Under the pieces are notes generated by a model, which was given only the letters and a program-made list of their open reading frames with translations, had not been told where the DNA came from and searched no databases. Shown in pieces: positions 10,009 to 22,365 of a DNA stretch of 47,963 nucleotides. Source of the DNA: Octopus bimaculoides (taxonomy: Eukaryota); contig NC_068986.1 of the NCBI RefSeq assembly GCF_001194135.2, forward strand, positions 43,431,123-43,479,085, written 5' to 3'. How positions within the stretch are numbered: the first letter of the stretch is position 1; every line of letters begins with the position of its first letter. A program made the translations under genes and the position numbers.

Positions 10009-10852
10009 AAATATATATATGTATGTATGTATATATAAATGTATATATATATGTGTGTGTGTGGGTGTGAGTGTTTGTGAATGGGTATGTATGTATGTAT
10101 GTATGGACATACATGTGCATGTATATACATATATATATATATACATATATACATATATATTCATATACATATATATATATATACNNNNNNNNNNNNNNNN
10201 NNNNNNNNNNNNNNNNNNNNNNNNNNNNNNNNNNNNNNNNNNNNNNNNNNNNNNNNNNNNNNNNNNNNNNNNNNNNNNNNNNNNNNNNNNNNNNNNNNNN
10301 NNNNNNNNNNNNNNNNNNNNNNNNNNNNNNNNNNNNNNNNNNNNNNNNNNNNNNNNNNNNNNNNNNNNNNNNNNNNNNNNNNNNNNNNNNNNNNNNNNNN
10401 NNNNNNNNNNNNNNNNNNNNNNNNNNNNNNNNNNNNNNNNNNNNNNNNNNNNNNNNNNNNNNNNNNNNNNNNNNNNNNNNNNNNNNNNNNNNNNNNNNNN
10501 NNNNNNNNNNNNNNNNNNNNNNNNNNNNNNNNNNNNNNNNNNNNNNNNNNNNNNNNNNNNNNNNNNNNNNNNNACAATAATTGCCGTGTAAACATGAATG
10601 CAATGACGAATATGTACTTTTCAGTGTTTACGATTATTATAGAAAGACGGAATTGTTTAATTAATTATTTGCCGAACACATACAACATAAGAATAATTAT
10701 GTCATGCATTTAGACTCAGCTACAACTTCCTGAAAATTTACATGCACATTGTTGCTCAAACATTTATTAATAAAATATTTATTATACATATTACATATGT
10801 CCTATATATATAAAAATGCATACATACACACATGCATACATACATACATACA

Positions 10853-10886
<34 letters not shown>

Positions 10887-11210
10887 GTTGACAAAGGAAA
10901 CGGGAGATGGATTTAGTACGAACCTTTATTCAGCGCGACGATCATTTCGACATTGTGCATCTGGTGTAGAAAAAGATATCCCACTAAATATACTAACATC
11001 TACTTGGCATGTTGTTCTGGATATATATCCCAAAGTACATTTCTTTTCTGTGATGAAATTGTTCTCATCTCACATAAGTACAAATCTAATGTACAAATTT
11101 GTAATTAAATTATTGAGTATTAATTGAAATGGCTTTAAGAAAAGAAGATGACCAATTTGTTAACAATAAATAATTGTTAACTTCCTTCTATCCATTTTCT
11201 TTTCTTCTTT

Positions 11211-11257
<47 letters not shown>

Positions 11258-11310
11258 AAATAGTAAATGAGTATATGCATATATACGTACAGNNNNNNNN
11301 NNNNNNNNNN

Positions 11311-11710
11311 ACGAGAAAACACACAAGCCACATAGAGAACATTCTACTTCATCAGCTACCTCCGTTTTAACACCGGCGTTTCGAAGAGCTAGGCAGGACG
11401 CATCGTTAAAACAGCTCTTCCCATGGACCGCAAATTTAATTTGTATACACAAATTAAATCTTGCCATGGAGGAATGTTGTGGCGGACAAAAAACAAGACA
11501 GGAAACCAAACAGAAAAGGCTTTACGGCCAGACGAGAAAAATTGTTTGTGTGTGAACGCTGTGAGGCACGAACTTGAAAGTAGGGACGAAATGGTTCGTG
11601 TGTTTGCTCGGCGACAGCCAAGGAAGAAAAGGATTATTGACCGGAAGCATGTGACCATGCCGGTGTAAGGGGAAGAGAGAGAGTGGCAGAGGGAGAAACA
11701 AAGGGAGATA
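11311..11710 (-). mobile_element. structured repeat, probable PLE-type terminal segment
   Basis: Pyrimidine-rich minus strand with two crossing 8-bp helices, an 11-bp hairpin, and GAAAC and CTGATGA motifs. No coding remnant recognised. Confidence 0.4.
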
Positions 11711-11949
11711 TATCGATTGGACAAAATAAGAGAAACAACGCTTTTTATTAAACTATTATTTTTTCTGTTGTCATTATAACAGTTTCAAAAATGTACTCTG
11801 TATATATGTTCTCATATAGATTATTTGTTTGTACTTCATGATATAACCCTCTGTCTATTTTGGGTGGTGGGGATAGCTATATTTAAATAGATTAAAATTT
11901 GTGATCCATCCGATTTGACCGTGAATGGATCGATCCTGCTGAACAGTTT

Positions 11950-12320
11950 AATATTTCGAGAAATATAGTTTCTAAAATCATGTTGGCATTCCAGAAAGCA
12001 AACCTAGCAGGCATACCTGTGGATGAAATGCAAAGCTTACAGTGGGTGAGTGGAGAATAGCGTAAGTTATTGCGTCAAACATCTACCGAACTATGGCATC
12101 AAAAGTGATAGTAGAGCTAAATCAATCATTTTCCAAAAACGTGCCTATTAAAACCGTTCATCGTGAGCTCCATAAACCTGGATATTATGCGATTGTTGTA
12201 ATTGCACAGCTCACCTGTTCCCTATGAACATTGATAATCAGAAAGATGGTGCCTTGATTATCAGAAGGGTCAATGGCTCAATGGAAGACTGTCATTTTCT
12301 CTAGTGAATCTTTGAGGTTT
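11950..12320 (+). mobile_element. Tc1-type transposase remnant
   Basis: Translates to ELNQSFSKNVPIKTVHRELHKPGY...QWKTVIFSSES, resembling the Tc1 HTH2 region and the W..VIFSDES first-Asp motif. Contains stops. Confidence 0.65.
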
Positions 12321-12324
12321 GGAT

Positions 12325-12625
12325 AAGTCACCTTTAGAAACATGGGTGTTTCGTTCAACATCCTTAAACAAACCTTATTCATGGACCTTTTGAGCGGGAT
12401 GGGCTAATTGACCTGACGAAAATTCTAACTGAGCCCCATCTTCAAGGTCATGAGCTGTTTATCTTGATATGAGATCACCATGCCGCGCACATATGGTTGC
12501 GATGCATGTACCTGGAGTACCCTTATCAGACGGGTAGTTATGATGTGTATACTGGGTTTCGTATATTTTACCCCAGTGTCACTTTGATGGCATGCGCTGC
12601 TCTCTCACTCGATAATAATAATGTT
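12325..12625 (+). mobile_element. unclassified interspersed-repeat-like segment ending in (AAT)n
   Basis: GC-richer block ending GATAATAATAATG. Only one copy is in the window, so repeat status is inference. Confidence 0.3.
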
Positions 12626-12821
12626 ATCTCTGATTAGAGGAAAAGTTCTAACGGCGATCTCTCCGTTAAGTTTCCCATTATACCCAATCCTATGAAGTCG
12701 CAGATATCTGCGCTAATTAATCGTACACCATCACCAAAACTAAGATGAATATTACCAGAAAAAGAAAAGAAAAAACATCAGATGCACTAGTAATAATATC
12801 ACAATGGAAACAAACACACAG

Positions 12822-12858
<37 letters not shown>

Positions 12859-12989
12859 AACATGACTTTACCTCAGTTTATTAGAGATATGAGTTTACAC
12901 AGAAACTCAAGTGATAACAGCTTAAATGAGACTGGCCCTTTAAAGGAATGCATCTCGTCCGGTCATTACTCTAAGACAGCATTAGTCGG

Positions 12990-14085
12990 TATATAACAGA
13001 GTAAGGAGGAGGAAAGGGACAAGTGAAGAGAACAGGGTAGTGATGCAGTGCTACTTGGAATGTGGACACAAAGTGAAGTGAAAGTGCTAAGATACGTTAT
13101 GGAAACGTGAGAACTTTGGTTAAATGAAAGTATGTTTGATGCAACAGAGGCGAGGCTGGTGAACCAGGCTAATACTATTAGAAGAAATGTAGATGACTGA
13201 ATTGGAGGTAGAAGATATCGCAAGACAATTATAAATGAAAGACCAAGAAATAGAACAAAACAAGATGCATAAGTGATATAGTTCAAGCCAAGGAAGAGCT
13301 TAGGAGAAAAATAATAGCACTACCAGTCAGGAAGGGAAAACTGACACCAGTGACTTAACTGAGGAAGATCAGAAGATTTTAGAGGGGTCTATGAAAGTAG
13401 TGAGTAAAGAAGTGAAAAACTAAAGATTATCAGCGTTAAAATGTATTAATAGACAGTAGTTGCTAGATATTACAAGGAAAGTAGATTCTCTCATCAGTAG
13501 GTCTGATAATAGAAATATAGGTGATACTAACTTATTCATCTATGCAGGAGGGATAGTGGTTACTAACACACTTTGTATTCTTCAAGGAAAGAATTGGAAG
13601 AACAAGATGTAGAAAAGGAGATTAGAAAATAAAGTGAAGACTCTAAGCAGAATAGAATAAGTAGAGGTAGAAATAGAAGCCTTGAAACGAGCCACTTTAG
13701 GAAATGCAAGATTTCTTTTCAGAAAATATACTTAGTCAAGGATAAATGATTGGGATAATTATGGAAGAGTTGAAACAACGAATCATAGCAATAGCAGGTA
13801 GGCTTTCAAGATATGAGAAAATAATAGATCAGTGCCAACAAAACACATTGTGTGAAACGCATGAGAGGAAATTTTATCGACGAATAAATAGTACAGAAGA
13901 AACTACTGAAGATGAGAAGCCTGATGCAGAAGCTAGAAGGTTCTGGATTGATATTTGGAATATTCGGGATAATTAAGGATAATGATCATATTTGAAGAAA
14001 GTAAAGGAAGAAATAGTTCGTGAGAAGTAGCCAGATCTAAAACTGACTAGTGCATTAATGTGTAATGTGGTAGGAAGAGTTCTAA
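12990..14085 (+). mobile_element. R4/Dong-clade (RLE) LINE, 5' portion, decayed
   Basis: N-terminal ...ENRVVMQCYLEC...ARLVNQANTIRR. ORF 13746-13976 reads ELKQRIIAIAGRLSRYE...RKFYRRI...P....FW.DIW. Confidence 0.8.
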
Positions 14086-14459
14086 CTATCGCTTGTGATT
14101 GTGAATTTTTTATTCTTATTTTATTTTATCGTATTTTACTTCTCTTGTCACACCTCGTCCACTACTTGGTTAATTGCGTTTGCCGGCTTTTCTGATTTAT
14201 ATTTTGTATTTTGTTCTTTTTTAACTTCTACCACCGCCCAGTTAAGAATAATTCTGATACATATTTTTCAATTTTATTAATATTATAAATATCTCGAGGC
14301 CGCCTTGTCCTTGTTATTGCTATTGTTGGTGGTGGTATCGCTGCGATTTTACTTATGTTTCTGCTTGAGTCCCCAGCGATCTGACAACTGATTGGTTGAA
14401 AGTAATGCACATGCCCAGAGTATTCAGAAAAATCCAACAAGCGTCTATCGTATATATAT

Positions 14460-14811
14460 GAGGCGCAATGGCCCAGTGGTTATGGCAGCAGACCCGCGGT
14501 CATAGGAACGCGGTTTCGATTCCCAGACTAAGCGTTGTGAGTGTTTATTGAGCGAAAACACCTAAAGCTCCACGAGGTTCCGGTAGGGGATGGTGGCGAA
14601 CCCTGCCGTACTCTTCCACCACAACTTTCTCTCACTCTTACTTCCAGTTTCTGTTGTGCCTGTAATTCAAAGGGTCAGCCTTGTCACACTGTGTCAGGCT
14701 GAATTATCCCCGATAACTACGTTAAGGGTACACTTGCACGTTAATTTCACGAGCAGATTGTTCCGTTGATCGGATCAACTGGAACCCTCGACGTCGTAAG
14801 CGACGGAGTCC

Positions 14812-14817
<6 letters not shown>
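14460..14817 (+). mobile_element. SINE family C (tRNA-derived), full length, in a TA microsatellite
   Basis: A-box TGGCCCAGTGG and B-box GGTTTCGATTCC; homologous to 47270-47462; (TA)n on both sides. Confidence 0.85.
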
Positions 14818-14858
<41 letters not shown>

Positions 14859-15172
14859 AAATAAGATTTGGGTAATGCAATACTTGACCACAAGTATTGA
14901 TTACTTCATGTCATCATACTTTGGGAATACTCTTGTCAATGGATATGCATTAGGAATCGCATGTTAGAATTTATATAAATAGAAGAATTGTAGCAAATGG
15001 ATTGAACGACATTATATAAAATCGCTACAATCCTTTCCATACAACGTTACACTCGTCATTGGTAAGATAATATAATCAACTTATTGTGTAATGACTATCA
15101 GCTATCAAAGGAGACTACTTTAAATAAGACCTATGTTAGATCATGCTTTCATTTTACTCAGTGTGATAATGA

Positions 15173-15175
<3 letters not shown>

Positions 15176-15266
<91 letters not shown>
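15176..15266. repeat. (GATA)n microsatellite
   Basis: Directly visible. Confidence 0.95.
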
Positions 15267-15267
<1 letters not shown>

Positions 15268-15430
15268 TACAACAGTCTTTTTTCAGTTTCCATCAACGAA
15301 ATCCGCTCATAAGGATTTGATCAGACTTAGGTCATATTAGCAGATACTTCTCCAAGGAGTTGTGCAGTAGGTCTGAACCCGGAACCATGTAGTTAAGAAG
15401 CACATTTACGACACAGCTACGTCTGCGCCT
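15267..15430 (-). mobile_element. SINE family B 5' half, degraded
   Basis: TTTCAGTTTCC...CTGAACCCGGAACCATGT...GTCTGCGCCT. Confidence 0.75.
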
Positions 15431-16319
15431 ATGTATATATATATTAATATGTATACATATNNNNNNNNNNNNNNNNNNNNNNNNNNNNNNNNNNNNNNNN
15501 NNNNNNNNNNNNNNNNNNNNNNNNNNNNNNNNNNNNNNNNNNNNNNNNNNNNNNNNNNNNNNNNNNNNNNNNNNNNNNNNNNNNNNNNNNNNNNNNNNNN
15601 NNNNNNNNNNNNNNNNNNNNNNNNNNNNNNNNNNNNNNNNNNNNNNNNNNNNNNNNNNNNNNNNNNNNNNNNNNNNNNNNNNNNNNNNNNNNNNNNNNNN
15701 NNNNNNNNNNNNNNNNNNNNNNNNNNNNNNNNNNNNNNNNNNNNNNNNNNNNNNNNNNNNNNNNNNNNNNNNNNNNNNNNNNNNNNNNNNNNNNNNNNNN
15801 NNNNNNNNNNNNNNNNNNNNNNNNNNNNNNNNNNNNNNNNNNNNNNNNNNNNNNNNNNNNNNNNNNNNNNNNNNNNNNNNNNNNNNNNNNNNNNNNNNNN
15901 NNNNNNNNNNNTATATATATATATATATGTATATAAATCCGGTTGTATTGCAATTTTTGATGTCATATATATTTATATGTACGTATGTATGTAGTTGTGT
16001 GCGTGTGTGTACTTTAATATATACATACACACAGAGCTAAGCTTCCAAATTTGATAAGAAAAGCAATATTTCTGTACCATGCTGCTATCTTATGTTAGCT
16101 GTAAACATATCCCCATTGCTCTTAGGAGATTATAGTTATATATTTATTCCTATATTTGACACTGTTTTATCTTTCCATTGAAGCAAAATTATAGATTTTC
16201 CACCTGAGTTTAATTTACTTGAAATACAGAAGAAAGTATTTACTACACTTAGCAATCCGAGGCCAAGTAATCGTACTTGGATAATATTTTTGTTTCTAAG
16301 GAACCATAGCTGACATGAT

Positions 16320-16440
16320 TTGTAGGAGCACTTAGCGTTTTACTTACGCCGCTTTACGATCTGAATTCAAATATTGCCGAGGATTACATTTGTTTTCCTT
16401 CTTTCTGCAGTTGATAAAATAAGTATTAATCAAATATTTG
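16320..16440 (+). mobile_element. SINE family A, heavily degraded
   Basis: CTTAGCG...TACGATCTGAATTCAAAT..GCCGAGG...GATAAAATAAGTA. Confidence 0.5.
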
Positions 16441-16626
16441 GAAGGGAGTGTTTCGCTCCACTATATATAAATGTCACTGCGCCAAAATGCTAACATTCTT
16501 ACCGCCTATCTACAATGCCCATTGACAGATAATTATTCGCAAAAATATAACAAATTCATCAGATTTGTTAACAAAATGATTTAAGCAAATTATATTAAAA
16601 TATATTTGTAAACAATTCTATTGTAC

Positions 16627-16667
16627 ATTCGGTTTTCTATCCAATCAACTTCCGGGTGTATCCATAT
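16627..16667 (-). CDS. candidate small coding exon (phase 0 to 2) IWIHPEVDWIENR
   Basis: TTTTAAAATAG acceptor and GTACAA donor. A 72-nt GT-AG intron separates it from the exon at 16740-16791; the frame is compatible. Confidence 0.35.
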
Positions 16668-16739
16668 CTATTTTAAAATGTTTAAGTGAATTCTTACAAA
16701 CAAAATAATACAACTTTATACATTTTGCTCCAAACCTAC

Positions 16740-16791
16740 CATGTCTTTACTTGGAAAAGGCCATGAGCATTCTATGACACTTTCCCTAAAG
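16740..16791 (-). CDS. candidate small coding exon (phase 2 to 0) FRESVIECSWPFPSKDM
   Basis: TACTTATAG acceptor and ATG|GTAGGT donor; phase matches both neighbours. Confidence 0.4.
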
Positions 16792-17372
16792 CTATAAGTA
16801 CATTACAAACCAACATAGTCTTTGTGAACAAGTAAAATTAGCTGCCAAATCAACTTCAGATCGCACTCTACCGAAAGAGTATATTGGAAAATGTAGTCTG
16901 AAAAACATTGACTGTACCTAGAACCCATTTGATCACATCTCTCTTTGATTGAGCTGACCAGAGACTAAACTACAACTAAAACATGTAAAGTTTTTAAATT
17001 TACAAAAAGGAAATAGTTCATTTTGACAGCATCTGTACATAATTAATTTCAAAAATTAAAATAATTTGGAATTCATGCCGATAGTGAATATTAATAACTA
17101 GTTAACATACAGAGAAGTATGAAGAAGAAATGCAGAATGTTCACGTTTGGATGAGTGGGGATTTCAGAATGGTCTTGAAATAAAAGTTTTCCTGCATTCT
17201 TAATGAATACACCGTATAAAATATTATAAAACTGCGAAGATGGTGGTTGAAGTCTCTACATTTTTGACGTCGACGTAAACTTCGATCGTTTTGTCTTTGT
17301 CTTTTACTGACGCGAAATCTTAAAGTAGTGTTTGTTTGTACTAGTTGCTTACAATGATGTCTATAAATTTAC

Positions 17373-17410
17373 CTCAAGACATAACTATTCAACTGTTTAT
17401 TGATTTGATG
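17373..17410 (-). CDS. candidate small coding exon (phase 0 to 2) HQINKQLNSYVL
   Basis: Strong acceptor TTTTTCTTTATTTCCTTTCAG and donor AG|GTAAAT; only one frame is open. Confidence 0.45.
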
Positions 17411-17825
17411 CTGAAAGGAAATAAAGAAAAATATCAAATATTTTTTTATTTTATTTTCATCATTCATAATCAGCGGTATTCATCAATGAATAAATGAATT
17501 AATGAACAGTTCTATTGATTTCAAGGTGGATAGAATCCATGGGGAAATTTAGAAGTTAAAAAAAAAAAGCGGAATAGCTACAAATGACAATAAAATCAGA
17601 GTTATAAACTCGGTTCATACAGAATTTATCTCTGTTCTGTTTTCTTTCTATCAAACCAAAGTAGAAATTAATTTTTGCCAGCATCGTATATCCAAATATA
17701 GTTTCATCAATATTGTTTGCAGATAGGAATTAAATTATGTGAGATAAAAAAAACAAGCTTAACCTAACTAGAAAAATAATTGAACAATAACCACAACATA
17801 AACAAAAGAGCATTAGTAACAACAA

Positions 17826-18034
17826 CCTGTAAAAATTGTGAAATAAAAATTGATTCAACATAGTCCAACGGACCAGTAGAATCATTCACAGAAATGAAAC
17901 AATAGACGTAGCCGTAGAACACACCCAAATGGGTCGTATTTTATAGTTACCGTCAGTGAAATGACTACATTCTGTAATGCACGCACATTCGTATACATAC
18001 CTGTACATGCACAGGCATACATACATGCATACAC

Positions 18035-18067
<33 letters not shown>

Positions 18068-18243
18068 TTTATTTATATATATATATATATATNNNNNNNN
18101 NNNNNNNNNNNNNNNNNNNNNNNNNNNNNNNNNNNNNNNNNNNNNNNNNNNNNNNNNNNNNNNNNNNNNNNNNNNNNNNNNNNNNNNNNNNNNNNNNNNN
18201 NNNNNNNNNNNNNNNNNNNNNNNNNNNNNNNNNNNNNNNNNNN

Positions 18244-18303
<60 letters not shown>

Positions 18304-18908
18304 GTGTGTGTGTCTGTCTGTCTGTGTGTCTGTCTGTGTATATGGGTGTGTATGTGTGTGTGTATGTGTACGTGTATGTGCATATATGTGCCCAGGTATA
18401 TTTATCTATTTGAGTACGTTTGTGTGTATAACTGTGCATACATCCGTATATGCACATGTGATTTTTACTCTTTTTAATCTATTTTATTACCCTTGATGTC
18501 TACTTCAAAGGACCCCCTGTCAAATGTATCAGAAACAACGTTAATTTTTATTTACAACTCCGAGTTTCATTCTATCACCTTTAATGAGGCCAAATGAAAT
18601 CGTAACTTCCCCTCCTTCTCCTTTCTTTTTTCTCTTACCACTTACCTCCTTCAAATTTCCCCTGCCCCCTTACCTTATTCAAGCCTCTATACCACCTAAC
18701 TTCTATACGAGATGGTTTCTCAGAACAATCCCCACACATCCAATTAAGATGAGTATGCAAATTAATATTCGTTAGAAAGTCTGCTAATAATACTGTGTGC
18801 ACGTATTCTTGAGTATGACTTCTATTTTATCATTCTTTACTTTTGCGAATGATGTTATTGGTCCACTGGACGATGTTGTCACAATTCTAACTTCATAATT
18901 TCTACCTA
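17826..18908. repeat. pair of about 120-130 bp diverged inverted repeats (17826-17960 and about 18790-18908)
   Basis: Reverse complement TGTGAATGATTCTACTGGTCCGTTGGACTATGTTG versus TGCGAATGATGTTATTGGTCCACTGGACGATGTTG; flanking similarity extends outward. Confidence 0.6.
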
Positions 18909-18949
18909 TGGTATTTATTGTAGGCCTACAAATTATGAGAAGATAATAA

Positions 18950-19350
18950 ATGGAAATTACAAGATACTAAGAAAGCAAAATTTGTTTTCCATCTTCAGAG
19001 AAGCCGAGAAATATGTCAGATACTGAGATAACAGATTGTTGAGAATGGGAGAGTCATTACACAAAATAATCTTTAAATGAATAATATTATGAATAGTACA
19101 AATTACATGCTAAAACATAAACAAAGAAAACATTTTCAAGACCAGTACATGATAATGTGATAATACTGAACAACTAAACACATTCATAATGGCTGCAAAG
19201 CTCAAGACAACTCTGAGGCGAGTTTAATCGCTGCACAAAATAAGACTTCACTCTAAAAACAAAATCACATAATAGAGTAGAGAAAAATTATCTTGGTGAT
19301 TCTGAACAAACAATCTATCAGACGTTTTTCTAGCTTTCCAATCATAGCCA
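18950..19350 (+). mobile_element. very degraded R4/Dong-like fragment
   Basis: SEASLIAAQN (about 19213-19245) resembles the TE.LI.AAQ motif; otherwise weak. Confidence 0.3.
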
Positions 19351-19844
19351 ATGTATATTAAAGACATATTCTAGCGTAATGATATAAGCAGGAAAAAATA
19401 AATAGAACACGCAGTTACTTCAGAAATAATACATGAACGACAAAATAACAAAGTATACATGATATAAATGAAAATATCAAAATACAATGAACAAGTGTTG
19501 GAAAAATAAAACAGCCTTTGGGAAAATACATTGAACAGATTGAGAAATTTAAGTATTACAGAAATGCCTAGCTTGCAACTAAAGATTAGTGTACTGACAT
19601 CTGACAAATGCTTAAACTACTCTAATCGTAATTTCGTTGAGTTATAGTCACCCTGGGACTAAAGAATAACGTTTAAAAACGAGAGCTCCAGAGAAAATAT
19701 CCTTGCTAATAGATCTGGCAAACTTAGGATAATTATGTTCTTCCAAAAGTTCATGAGAAATAAAATTCATATGCACAACAAATTAGTATCTCAACTCATA
19801 ATTTATAACGATTTGAAAGATATGTTTGCACAAAAACACATATG

Positions 19845-20048
19845 CATACGCACAAAATTTTGTTTCAGATTCTGGCACAAAGCCAACAATTTTTAGGCGA
19901 AGTGAGTCTTGGTGGATTACATCGATCTCAAGGTTCAACTCGTTCTGAAAAGAATGAAAGGCAATGTGGACCTCGGAGGAATTTGAACTCAACGTATATA
20001 CTGCCAAGAATTTTCTTCGGCGGGCTAACGTTACTACCGGCTCGCCAT
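19845..20048 (-). mobile_element. SINE family A
   Basis: Reverse complement CGGCGAGCCGGTAG...GAGTTCAAATTCCTCCGAGGTC...GATCGATGTAATC. Confidence 0.8.
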
Positions 20049-20064
20049 CCTGTATATACAAATT

Positions 20065-20118
20065 ATTAATAATAACAACAACAAAAATAATTATTATAAT
20101 TATAATTATAATAATGAT

Positions 20119-20171
<53 letters not shown>

Positions 20172-20238
20172 TTAATAATAATAATAATAATGATAACAAT
20201 AATAATAATAATAAATAATAATAATCATTATAATTATA

Positions 20239-20282
<44 letters not shown>

Positions 20283-20316
20283 CATTATTATTATTATCAT
20301 TATTATTATTATCATT
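20065..20316. repeat. (AAT)n followed by (ATT)n: palindromic microsatellite between two divergent SINEs
   Basis: Polarity switch at about 20235. Confidence 0.95.
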
Positions 20317-20317
20317 A

Positions 20318-20525
20318 AGGCGGCGAGCTGGCAGAATCGTTAGCACGCCAGGCGAAATGCTTAGCGGTATTTCATCTGCCGCTACGTTCAGAGTTCAAAT
20401 TCCGCCGAGGTCTACTTTGCCCTTCATCCTTTTGGGGTTGATTAAATAAATACCAGTTACGCACTGGGGTCGATTTAATCGAATCAATGCCCTCCCCAAG
20501 CTGCCCTTATGGCAAAAACGTGAAA
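20318..20525 (+). mobile_element. SINE family A, full length
   Basis: GGCGGCGAGCTGGCAGAATCGTTAGCACG...GAGTTCAAATTCCGCCGAGGTC; (ATT)n on both sides. Confidence 0.88.
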
Positions 20526-20596
20526 TTCTTCTTATTATTATTATTATTAGTAGTAGTAGTAGTAGTAGTAGTAATAGTAGTAATAGTAGTAGTAGT

Positions 20597-20795
20597 AAGG
20601 CGGCGAGGTGGCAGAATCGTTAGGATGCCGGGCGAAATGCTTAACGGTATCTCGTCTATCGCTACGTTCTGAGTTCAAATTCCGCCGGAGTCGACTTTGC
20701 CTTTCATCCTTTCTGGGTACCAGTGAAACATTGGGGTCGATGTAATCAACTAGTACCCCCATCATATTTCAGGCCTTGTACCTATAATATAAAGG
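20597..20795 (+). mobile_element. SINE family A
   Basis: Tandem copy after (TTA)/(TAG)n; ends GGCCTTGTACC...ATTATT. Confidence 0.88.
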
Positions 20796-20796
20796 A

Positions 20797-22260
20797 TTAT
20801 TATTATTATCATTTTATTGTCTTTTCACAGCTTCTAACGCTTGAGATGTACTATGGTGTCAGTTGTTCACTTCCAGCGAACTAAGGTAACACTCATTATT
20901 TTTCCAGCATCATCCTTAATATTCGAGTGGTTCCAAGCAGTTCTGTTTTCTGCAACCCCTATTTGTTCTATGTACTCCTCAAGATTTTTACTCAATGTTC
21001 CTAGGGCTCCGACAATCATCGGTACTACTACCAACCTTTTCAGCGACCACAACTGCTTAACTTATCGCATACAATGTTGTCAGCTGGGCATGCTATATCT
21101 ATGGTTCAGCATCGTTTGCTTTCTTTCTCAATTAACACTATGTCTGGTTTCCTATTCTCTATCTCATGGTCGCACTGAATCATAAAATCCCATAGGATCT
21201 TTCCATTATCATTTTCGATGATGCCTTCGGGTTTATGTTCTTACCACTTTTTTGTTCTGTCAAGTCCATACTTGTTGCAAAGTGTCCAATAGCCAATCCT
21301 TGCTATGTTGTCATAGCGTCTTTTACATTTTTTCTCGGCTACTGGCGCACATTCAATGGTAATATGCCATACGGTTTCACAGTTTTGTCCACAAATTCTG
21401 CACTTATTACTTTCTCATGTGTTGTGTATTCTGTATTTGACGTAATCGGTTCTTAATGCTTGCTCTTGGGCAGGACAGATCAGAGCCTGCGTTTCCGGTT
21501 TTAAATCACTTTTAGTCATCCATAGCAACCTTTTTTCTCTGTCTGTCCTATCTTCAACACCCCTATGAAATTGTCCATGCATTCTTTTCTTTATCCACCT
21601 ATTTTCAGTTTCATTCATTCTCAAGTGCTTGTGCAGTGCTTTATCTTTGCAATCTTCCATCTTACACAAGCCTGACCTTCTTACTTCCAAGGATAGCAGT
21701 TCTGTGGCATTTTTAACATACCATGTTATGTTGTTTTCTTCTGGTCTAATGCTCTGTTCGCATCTAGTCAGTCCTCTTCCCCCTTTTTTTCTTGTACATA
21801 CAGTCTGTCTGTGTCACGCTTTGGGTGGATTAGACTATGTCTAGTCATCAACTTCCTTGTCTTTCTGTTTAAGCTGTTTAGTTCTACTGTTCATATGATT
21901 ACCCCTACTCCATATCTAAGGAGTGAAACCGCCCAGGTATTGATAGCTGCAATCTTATTCCGTCCGTTTAATTTCGACTTAAGGATCAGTCTCAGTCTGC
22001 GCAAGTACTCCACCTTAAATTTTTCTGTCATTTCTTTGTCCATCAATTTATCCATTTCCAATATCCCCAAGTACTTATAGCCCGTCTCTTCTATTTACTT
22101 CATAACCTCTACCGACAGTATCCCTAGCCCGTTCATACATTTAATTTTGTCTCCCTTCAAGACTAAGACATCACACATTTTCAGTCCGAACTCCATTCTG
22201 ATATCAGCACTGAAAGTACACATAGTATCAACGAAGGAATTGAATTGGGATTCATATATA
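20797..22260 (-). mobile_element. R4/Dong-clade LINE, 5'-truncated 3' part (end of RT to RLE endonuclease)
   Basis: FSADIRMEFGLK...YKYLG; RMHGQF...SDLKPETQALICPAQEQALRT (21415-21690); VVVPMIVGALGTLSKNLEEY (20867-21052); (ATA)n tail at about 20797-20812. Confidence 0.9.
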
Positions 22261-22266
22261 CGTGTG

Positions 22267-22269
<3 letters not shown>

Positions 22270-22365
<96 letters not shown>

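Noticed and set aside
14095-14450. Segment with a CCAAT box (minus strand, about 14390) as a promoter or element 5' end
   Set aside because: A single short motif with no supporting ORF or second copy in the window.
14460-14535. tRNA gene (A and B boxes)
   Set aside because: The boxes are the head of a 357-bp SINE present twice; no acceptor stem or complete cloverleaf.
19783-20346. 187-aa poly-N/L/I ORF and similar hydrophobic ORFs
   Set aside because: Translation of the (AAT)/(ATT) microsatellite plus SINE sequence.
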